Virus record (IMG/VR): IMGVR_UViG_3300032216_001007
Span: 1 to 39,068 of that record
Source: a virus
Taxonomy: Duplodnaviria; Caudoviricetes
DNA length: 39,068 nucleotides
Reading direction: 5' to 3' (one strand)
Position 1 is the first letter of the stretch; every line of letters starts with the position of its first letter. This document shows positions 25,601 to 32,560 of this stretch, piece by piece. Under the pieces are notes generated by a model, which worked only from the letters and a program-made list of their open reading frames with translations, was not told the origin of the DNA and searched no databases. The translations under genes were made by a program, and so were the position numbers.

Positions 25601-27175
25601 GAATATACTAGGACTCACGCTGCCATAATATTTGGTGATGGGTAATTTAAATTGTGCATTATCCACCAGTGTTGAATTCTGCAAGGTCAACATGGTTGTG
25701 CCTGCAATGTTGGACAAGTTGGTGGTCTGTGGTGCGAAGTTGGCAGTATAAACTGCTGTGCCATTTACTGTACGCAGGTTTGAAATGTAAACATTGGCAG
25801 AATATGTGTTTTGCCCGGTGGCTGCACCATCTCTCAAATTACCAATCCAAAAGGTGCTGCTGCTTTGCACCACATTACCGCCGGCTGCTGCCACTGAGTT
25901 AATGTCTTGATATCCGTTGATATAAAGATAAACATTACCATTCAACCGAGTAGCCGCCACATGTGTCCACTGCCCACTGGGCACACGCATGCTGCTGGTG
26001 GCTCTAACAGTGGCACCAGTGCCCCAATAAAAATCCAGGCTGGTGCCGTTAAGCCCAAACACCCAGGGTTGCGCTACAGCACCGGTCCTAGTTTCAATAA
26101 TGTTAGTACCAGTGGCACCATAAGCATTAAGATAGATCCAGGCTTCTACTGTAAAGTCATTGGTCAAAAATGACAGTGGGTACAGTGCCAGTGTCACTGG
26201 TGACGGTACTGTTGCACTAAAGGTGGCGCTGCCGTTATTGGTTACCACTGTGTTATTAACACTGGCATCTAGTATTTTATTAGCATCATTTTTTACCAAC
26301 AGCAATAACGCTGTACCAGATACGTTGCCCAGTGGCGGCGTAGGTGTAAATGCCGCGGTATACATGGCAGTACCTTTGACTATACGGAAGTTGGTGATCA
26401 ATCCATTAAATGGCCTACTAGACCCGTCAACTGCACTATTGCCTATATTTAAACCATTATTGCCGGTATTGCTCATGGTACCAGATATAACAATGGTAGT
26501 CTGCGCCACACCGTTTATGTATGCAGTCATTGTGCCACCATTGCGTACTAGAGCAAAATGGTACCAAGTACCAATGGCAAAAGTAACTGACACGTTTTGA
26601 ATTGCTGGAGCACCGGCGCCACCATCGCCGATGAGCCATTGTCCGCCCGTGCCACTAAGGAAAAACGCATACGAAGGATTCACTGTGCCAGTGGTACCGC
26701 CCTTCCAAAATATACTCTGCTGACCAGTTACCGAGTTGGGATAAAACCAGCACTCAACTGTCCAGTTTGGTGCGCCGGTGGCAAGATCCAGTGGCCCTGA
26801 CGTGGTACCGGTCATTGACAAATACTGTGTGGTGCCGTTAAAACTCAAACTGCCTGCTGCTGAGGTTGTGACATTAGCGGTTGTAGTAGACACTGTGAGA
26901 TAGTCAAATTGACTGTAGCCATTGAACCAGTGGCTATAAGTAGGCACATAAGGTAATATGGCACTGTCGCCGCCTCGGGCGCCTACTAGTCCTCCGGTGC
27001 CAACTATGACATTGGATGTGGATCCTGCTGCGATCTGCAGGTTGCCTACATACACTAGCCCACCTGCACCACCCCCGGCGCCACGCAGGTTGTAATTGTT
27101 GCCACCACCACCTCCACCGGCCACTACCAGTGTTTCAACTGTGACGTTTGATAGAAATGAGCTGCTGATTGCCAT
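22646..27175 (-). CDS. Glycine-rich / 4x LamG (concanavalin A-like) virion fibre protein, type B copy 1
   Basis: Four LamG cores (WTVECWFY, FTVEAWIY, WTLEWWMY, WTAECWVY) inside a Gly-rich domain, plus the type-B C-terminus. Confidence 0.85.
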   Translation of the reverse strand: MAISSSFLSNVTVETLVVAGGGGGGNNYNLRGAGGGAGGLVYVGNLQIAAGSTSNVIVGTGGLVGARGGDSAILPYVPTYSHWFNGYSQFDYLTVSTTTANVTTSAAGSLSFNGTTQYLSMTGTTSGPLDLATGAPNWTVECWFYPNSVTGQQSIFWKGGTTGTVNPSYAFFLSGTGGQWLIGDGGAGAPAIQNVSVTFAIGTWYHFALVRNGGTMTAYINGVAQTTIVISGTMSNTGNNGLNIGNSAVDGSSRPFNGLITNFRIVKGTAMYTAAFTPTPPLGNVSGTALLLLVKNDANKILDASVNNTVVTNNGSATFSATVPSPVTLALYPLSFLTNDFTVEAWIYLNAYGATGTNIIETRTGAVAQPWVFGLNGTSLDFYWGTGATVRATSSMRVPSGQWTHVAATRLNGNVYLYINGYQDINSVAAAGGNVVQSSSTFWIGNLRDGAATGQNTYSANVYISNLRTVNGTAVYTANFAPQTTNLSNIAGTTMLTLQNSTLVDNAQFKLPITKYYGSVSPSIFTQSTPVTDGYASVYFNGATLLQYTNSTALTTQYPAIDVSANGFIITSTGPPTAIAAAPAITPLSAVNSISFSGSSQKLTLPASSAFDLSAATTGSTWTLEWWMYSLATPTSGNQCRIFMAGTNGDAAGWDIGYDNNGSFGWYRPFGTPGTLIGAPAGTIALSTWYHIAVVCNAGSARIYVNGVSVAGPTAITLPSSASQGLRIGYDDVGTVNFQYNGYLSNIRLVKGVAVYTGNFTVPTAPLATTQSSSANIAAITGSQTSLLIQAISSNSWTAECWVYPSGDYSVYRTIFAKRVSASGTTEFEGYLRLTTGVISFFNGTNYESTTTLTANTWSHCAWVYTGTNIVIYVNGTQVYTSAVTITTNTEPLVIGGARGYSEYFLGYLSNFRFTRGIVYTGAFTPPTTPLRATQTVSGNIAAITGNASSSTSLLVLQSSTYKDNSANNYLYGYTYTIFTGTPIIKTDIAPFVDLNRGIVAYGGGAGGFNDSTNNATTGGSGGANWYPSQTGAAASQPATSYYNGVAYANTGFGNTGGTSAGVQPYGGGGGGAGAAGASATSGLADGGIGRQYSTSGLPTYYAGGGSSSGYWDAAGNKLSPGGLGGGGQGDNSIWAAQQTTGYVGSTGTVNTTANGAAYTGGGGGSGGAGGSGIVIMRYLGTQMATGGTITSIGGYTIHTFTSNGTFTIAANISVGSAGGNGGPYAGGGGGAAGYLGFGGNGAAGASLAAGNYGTGGGGGGGGSSATFAGGGGGVDIWGLGGTSGSGGAAGQPGTGGSTEIILGITGNGAQPGFGSNGGLYGGGGGGGVTSSLDTSQGWGANGAFALVYSTTSSTYTYPYISPLNIAYLGNLQSTNTTSGVAANISGVVTDSNFDQLVTGSLAYSQTSAGVPVAYESPYTNNTVSVYRTFALAANNIISSDSTVTVNYQAEWMLKNSDPAFPATYNRPFNYQTAQPVTTTNDPRKLTLKAAYITKTGTQQDPTEPDQYL

Positions 27176-27180
27176 ACTAG

Positions 27181-27186
27181 TATTTA
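27181..27186 (-). promoter_or_regulatory. Late promoter motif TAAATA, 5 nt before ATG
   Basis: TAA-G-TAAATA-CTAGT-ATG; the motif takes half of a 12-nt intergenic gap. Confidence 0.65.
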
Positions 27187-27187
27187 C

Positions 27188-30100
27188 TTAGAATGTGATC
27201 GAGCCAGAAGTCTTGAATATGTATGTTCTATATCCATTCGCTACATCTATAACAGGACTTCCTGTAGTGCTCACTGCGGCTCCATAGCTGTCCGAATAGC
27301 GAACGATCACTATTCCACCACCACCTGTGCCCGGGGCTCCTCCATTACCGCCACCACCACCGCCGCCAGTGTATTGCGTGCCCGCAACTCCTGCACCATG
27401 CGCGCCGCTGCCACCGCCACCCGATCCGCCTGCACCGTCAGTCGAAGCGCCGGCGCCACCACCACCACCGGCAAAATACACACTACCGGTAACAACTTGT
27501 CCCACCGAATAGGTAGTGGCCTGCGTGGTGGTGATCAATGTGGTCACGGCTCCTACACCACCAACACCACCAACACTGCCCCCACCTGCTCCGTTGACGC
27601 CGGTATTGCCTCCAGCGCCGCCACCACCTCCGCCGTTGTAGGTACCACCGCCACTGTTATAACCAATACCGCCATCATATCCCTGTCTAGGGCCGCTGAT
27701 GTATGCTGAACCCGGATATATACCTCTTCCACCTGCATTGCCATAATATGACGAGCCACCTCCACTGCCACCATCAGAACCAACAACACTGTAGCCGGCG
27801 CCGCCCCCGCCCACTGTGGCCACGGAACCAAACACACTGGCATTGCCATTTCCGCCGCCGGTAGCACCACCAGCACCCACTGTGACCGTGTATGTTGTGC
27901 CCGCAGCAATTGCAAGATTTGCACCGGTCAATAAACCGCCTGCTCCGCCACCGCCAGCACCGTTGCCACCACCACCGCCAGCAACCACTAGATATTCCAC
28001 AGTGGGCGGAGTGGCAACGCTCACTGTCAGTGATCCCGATGCAGTAAATGTATAATATCTGTATCCGCCAACTATGGTTGCAGTCGCGCCAGTGGTTGAT
28101 AAGGCAGAATAATTAGCAGGGTATCGTATGATAACCACACCTTTACCACCGTTACCACCTATGTTGGTATTGGTGCTGTAATTATGAGCTGCGCCACCAC
28201 CACCACCGCCGGTATTGGGGGTGCCGTCACTGGCGGTGAGTGTACCCACGCTGGCTCCTGGCGCGCCACCACCTGCACCACCTGCGCCTGCTGTTCCGGT
28301 GGGGTTACCAGGTGCGCCGCCGCCGCCGCCACCGGCGTATGTGTTGCCATCTAACCAGGTGGCACCTGCACCACCTGCACCAGAAGTATTGCCTGAACTG
28401 TTACCACCAGCTGCACTAGCACCACCACCACGACCTGTGCCTTGAGTTCCGCCTGAACCATTACCACCTGTGCCACCGCTGTTGCCTTGACTGGGTACAG
28501 TTGCAGGAGTGTTACCAGCACCAACGTTGGTAGTACTTGAACCGCCTGCACCACCGCCACTACCGCCAGGGCCGCCCGAACCTATTCCGGTATCGCTACC
28601 ACCAAACCCGCCGCCGGTGGCAACATAACCAAATGCCGAAGAATCTTGTCCAGACTCTGAAGTTGCGGCACCCGAGTTTCTTGCTCCGCGACCACCTGCA
28701 CCCACTGTGATGGTGTAGGTACCCGAAGTAAGTGCTAGCCCAGTAATGGCCCTGTAGCCACCTGCGCCGCCACCTGCGCCGCCATCATAACTGGTTGAAG
28801 CGCCGCCGCCGCCACCACCGCCCACTACCAATAGATCTATCGTACTTGGTGCATTGAGTCCCGGAGAGGTCATTGCAAAATATCCAGTATTGGTGAATTT
28901 GTGCAACCAATAATTGGTTCCACTATAACTAACCGATTGTACCACACTGCCACCGATACTTCTTTGTGCGCCAGCATACCAAAAATAAGCAACTCCGGCA
29001 TTGCCAGCAACACCGTAACTGCCGCGGCCGCCACCGCCACCGTAGTTGACACTGCTGTTGGCTGCAGGTCCACCGTCTGAATAACTGGCAACAACGTTAC
29101 CCAGGATGTTGACTGCTATGGGTCCATTGCTGCCCGCTACCGTGGGGACGACGCTACCGTTGTAAGAGACATTGACACTGGTTATAGTAAGATTATTAAC
29201 GCTAGAATCTGTTAGATATGTTCCGCTGCTGTTAACCAATAATAATAACGATGTGTTGGTAACGGCACTCAACAGCCTAGGAGTGAACGCACTGTTGTAT
29301 ACTGCTGTACCATTGACAATCCTGATGTTGGTCATGTAACCTTTGAAATAGGATTGCCCGCTTGTGGTTTCGTTTGGCGTATAGCCTATGCCAAATGATC
29401 CCACTTGGTTTACTGCGCCCGACATGGTGCCCGAACCAGCAGCAGTGCCATTTATATAAAATGTATAGGTTGTTCCACTTCTTACAAATGCCACATGGGC
29501 CCATTGATTCAATGGGACTAGGGCACCGGCATAGTAAGTTCCACCCGAACCAATAGTACCATTTCCAGCTATAGACCAACCAAAATTTGGTTCTCCGGTA
29601 CCGCTCAACCCCCACAACCAACCGCGGTTGGGACTTGGGCCACCCTGTTGTCCCATAATAGTACAGGCAGCAGTGGTACCTTGGAAGTATATCCAAGCTT
29701 CGAGTGTGAAATCAGCTGCAAGATTGAATGCCGAACTTCCGGGGCTAGTCAGTGTAGCATTGGTACCGTTGAACAAAAAACTGCCGCCAGCAGTGGTAGT
29801 TGCACTGGTCACAGTGGGGACCACTGTACTGCTGAATGTAGCACCATTATTAGTTAGTGTATATGCATTGCTACTTGAATCAACTGCTTTGGTTGCATCA
29901 CTATTAACTAATAATGCAAGTTGAGTGCCACTGAGTGGTATCAACGGAACTGTTGGAGAGAATGAGGTTGTGTATAAAATAGATCTAGTTATGCGAACAT
30001 TGGTAATGTATCCGCTGAAATATCCAGTGGCGGGAGTGAAACCAATGCCTAATGTATTAGTTGGATCATTTGCAGTATTAAATGCAAATGCTGACAGATC

Positions 30101-32551
30101 TGTCGAACTGCCCAGTACTGGTGGGTAACTCTGTCCATTTAGAAAAACTTTGACTATTTTGCTAGCAGAAGTAAAAGTTACTGCTACATGATTCCACGTA
30201 TTTTTGGCATATAGCCCAGTTGCAGTATATAAACCAATATTGGATCCACCCACACCTCTTGTGTACACTATCGAAATTGCACCAATACCGGGATAAGTTG
30301 TCTGAGGCGTGCCGCCAATGGATAGTTCGAATCCAACGGCTCCAGTGTATCCGGCTGTACCTATTATATTTTGATATGCATCACTAGTGGTGTAGAACCA
30401 ACATTCCATGGTATAATCTGTAGTGGCATCATGTAAAAATTTCCAATTACTTGCTACACCAGCTGTCATATAATTTGAAGTACCATTAAAACTCAGACTA
30501 CCTGCTGCGGTCCCACCAGTTACTGCTACCGATGGCACTGCACTACTGCTGTAGGTGGCAGCACCAACGTTGGTTAGCGTACTTGGACTCGAGCTTGAAT
30601 CCGTTATTTTAGTGGTATCGTTATTAACCAATAACAGCAACGAAGTGTTGGTGATATTAGCCAGTGGTACAGTTGGTGCAAATGTACCAGCATATACTGC
30701 CGTGCCTTTTATTACTCTTACATTGGTTATATAACCAGCAAAGTAGCTATCCGCTGCTGCTGCGTTTCTCCCAATGTATACTGTTCCGGCAGTGTAGTTG
30801 ACACTGTCGGTCCATGATCCAACTGGAATACCGCCAATAAACATTGTAGTAGTAGTGCTAGATCTAGCAACTGCAATGTGATACCAGGTGTTTACTAGCG
30901 GTTGTGATCCAGTTATTCGTCTACTACCACCGGTGTAGTAATAAATTAAGCCGCTAGTATTATCTAAAAAAATCAGTGGTGCTGTGTCGCCACTAGTGGT
31001 CCTAAAATCAATGTAGTGCTGTTGTCCACTAGTGCTGGTATGATAAAACCAAAATTCAATTGTAAAATTACCAGTACCAAATTGAAATTTGGCATTTGAA
31101 GGTACTGTTAGATATTGACTGGTACCGTTAAACAACAAACTACCCGCAGCAAATGTGCTTAGTGCTGTGCCTCCGCTGCTGCCACCAATACCGCCCAGAC
31201 TACCGGCAGCGCCAGCAGTGCCGTATCCGCCCCAAATGCTGGTAGGCTGTAGACCGGCACCACCACTGCCGCTGATTAGGCTAGAACTGTACCCGCCACC
31301 ACCACCACTGCCGCCAGCGATGCCAGCATTGCCAGTTACTGCATCTCCGCCTGCACCGCCACCAATGGCCACTAGGCCATTTGTACCAAACACTGCTGTG
31401 TTAATTGCACTGCTATTGCCGCCATTGGTGCCAACACTGCCACCTGCTCCAATAGTGACCAGCGCATTACCCACTGTGTCTGATGTTATTGCCAGTGATC
31501 CCACTATGAGACCACCGCCACCACCAGTGCCAGGTGTAGTTGCCGAAACCGAACCACTAGTTCCTGCACCACCCCCACCGGCGGCCACTAGATAATACAA
31601 GTAACTGGTAGCATTTAGAGTTACTGTATAAAATTTACTAATGCTGCCACCAGATGTTGAAGATGCTGTAACAGTAACAATATAGGAATTAGAAGCAAAC
31701 GGGCTTGCTTGTTGGACATATGATAGCACACCTGTTACTGAATTTATTGCCAGCCCAGTTAAGGTGGGGCTGATGCCGTAGGATATATTACCATTCTGGG
31801 AATCCTGTGCAGTAAATGTATCAATTGAAGTATATGTACTATTGATAATACTAGCACCGGTACCGCCCGATATCCAATTCATATTGGCTCCACCGGTACC
31901 ACCACTGGCATATATAACAGGAGCCGTTCCAGTTGAGTCGAGAAAATACGTTGCGCCGCCATTATTACCTGCAGTGGTAGCTGGACTACCACCCGATCCC
32001 ACAACAATGGTATAGCTGGATCCAGGTGTGACTGCATAAGCATTGTAGTAATCAATTAAGCCGCCACCGCCACCTGACCCACCTGTGGCTCGTTGTTGTC
32101 CGCCGCCACCGCCACCTACTCCCACCATGCTGATTAGGGTTACACCGGCTGGACAGGTCCAAGTATAGGTCCCGGGTGTGGTGTAGGTTTGAGTTGTGTA
32201 TCCACTGACATTTGAAACTATGTTGCCATAGGTATAATTGAGGCCGCCACCAAACACTGATGATGTGGTAACTGCAAAACTGTTGGCGTTGGCACTGTTG
32301 GTAGTGGACACAGTGTCAACCACTGTGAATTGAGCACCCAGCAGACTGCTGGTGGGATAAGCAACACTGACTGTGTTGCTTAGAATAGGAGTGGTGTTAA
32401 TCCTATTTAGACCCACATTGCTGCTGGTACGTACCACGGTTTCAGTGGGAGTCGCCGCCAGTGTGGTCTTGAACTGAGGGCCGCTCTGTACGACCGTTAT
32501 GGTCGTAAGGCGATTGACTACTAGATCAAGACTGGATAGTATTGCAGACAC
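27188..32551 (-). CDS. Glycine-rich / 3x LamG / Ig-like virion fibre protein, type A copy 1 (GTG start)
   Basis: Three LamG cores (FTIEFWFY, YTMECWFY, FTLEAWIY), three complete Gly-rich domains, one Ig-like domain; GAGGA upstream of the GTG. Confidence 0.85.
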   Translation of the reverse strand: MSAILSSLDLVVNRLTTITVVQSGPQFKTTLAATPTETVVRTSSNVGLNRINTTPILSNTVSVAYPTSSLLGAQFTVVDTVSTTNSANANSFAVTTSSVFGGGLNYTYGNIVSNVSGYTTQTYTTPGTYTWTCPAGVTLISMVGVGGGGGGQQRATGGSGGGGGLIDYYNAYAVTPGSSYTIVVGSGGSPATTAGNNGGATYFLDSTGTAPVIYASGGTGGANMNWISGGTGASIINSTYTSIDTFTAQDSQNGNISYGISPTLTGLAINSVTGVLSYVQQASPFASNSYIVTVTASSTSGGSISKFYTVTLNATSYLYYLVAAGGGGAGTSGSVSATTPGTGGGGGLIVGSLAITSDTVGNALVTIGAGGSVGTNGGNSSAINTAVFGTNGLVAIGGGAGGDAVTGNAGIAGGSGGGGGYSSSLISGSGGAGLQPTSIWGGYGTAGAAGSLGGIGGSSGGTALSTFAAGSLLFNGTSQYLTVPSNAKFQFGTGNFTIEFWFYHTSTSGQQHYIDFRTTSGDTAPLIFLDNTSGLIYYYTGGSRRITGSQPLVNTWYHIAVARSSTTTTMFIGGIPVGSWTDSVNYTAGTVYIGRNAAAADSYFAGYITNVRVIKGTAVYAGTFAPTVPLANITNTSLLLLVNNDTTKITDSSSSPSTLTNVGAATYSSSAVPSVAVTGGTAAGSLSFNGTSNYMTAGVASNWKFLHDATTDYTMECWFYTTSDAYQNIIGTAGYTGAVGFELSIGGTPQTTYPGIGAISIVYTRGVGGSNIGLYTATGLYAKNTWNHVAVTFTSASKIVKVFLNGQSYPPVLGSSTDLSAFAFNTANDPTNTLGIGFTPATGYFSGYITNVRITRSILYTTSFSPTVPLIPLSGTQLALLVNSDATKAVDSSSNAYTLTNNGATFSSTVVPTVTSATTTAGGSFLFNGTNATLTSPGSSAFNLAADFTLEAWIYFQGTTAACTIMGQQGGPSPNRGWLWGLSGTGEPNFGWSIAGNGTIGSGGTYYAGALVPLNQWAHVAFVRSGTTYTFYINGTAAGSGTMSGAVNQVGSFGIGYTPNETTSGQSYFKGYMTNIRIVNGTAVYNSAFTPRLLSAVTNTSLLLLVNSSGTYLTDSSVNNLTITSVNVSYNGSVVPTVAGSNGPIAVNILGNVVASYSDGGPAANSSVNYGGGGGRGSYGVAGNAGVAYFWYAGAQRSIGGSVVQSVSYSGTNYWLHKFTNTGYFAMTSPGLNAPSTIDLLVVGGGGGGGASTSYDGGAGGGAGGYRAITGLALTSGTYTITVGAGGRGARNSGAATSESGQDSSAFGYVATGGGFGGSDTGIGSGGPGGSGGGAGGSSTTNVGAGNTPATVPSQGNSGGTGGNGSGGTQGTGRGGGASAAGGNSSGNTSGAGGAGATWLDGNTYAGGGGGGAPGNPTGTAGAGGAGGGAPGASVGTLTASDGTPNTGGGGGGAAHNYSTNTNIGGNGGKGVVIIRYPANYSALSTTGATATIVGGYRYYTFTASGSLTVSVATPPTVEYLVVAGGGGGNGAGGGGAGGLLTGANLAIAAGTTYTVTVGAGGATGGGNGNASVFGSVATVGGGGAGYSVVGSDGGSGGGSSYYGNAGGRGIYPGSAYISGPRQGYDGGIGYNSGGGTYNGGGGGGAGGNTGVNGAGGGSVGGVGGVGAVTTLITTTQATTYSVGQVVTGSVYFAGGGGGAGASTDGAGGSGGGGSGAHGAGVAGTQYTGGGGGGGNGGAPGTGGGGIVIVRYSDSYGAAVSTTGSPVIDVANGYRTYIFKTSGSITF

Positions 32552-32560
32552 TGGCCGTCC

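Noticed and set aside
27176-27187. A1 stop and B1 start are in frame (TAA GTA AAT ACT AGT ATG), as are C2 and A1; read-through or stop recoding considered
   Set aside because: The equivalent A2-B2 gap is 4 nt (out of frame), B1 has its own late motif, TAA is a poor read-through codon, and all genes read intact in the standard code; in-frame spacing occurs by chance one time in three
17556-31595. Many plus-strand Pro/Ala-rich ORFs (e.g. 18250..18492, 19997..20794, 26160..26600, 31155..31595)
   Set aside because: Antisense shadows of GGN-rich glycine codons in the real minus-strand genes; no SD or promoter support
23530-31889. Intron or intein removing the region between the split domain halves
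   Set aside because: The intervening DNA is fully coding for fibre domains, includes a stop, promoter and start, and shows no intein (C...HN) or group I/II intron hallmarks that I can see
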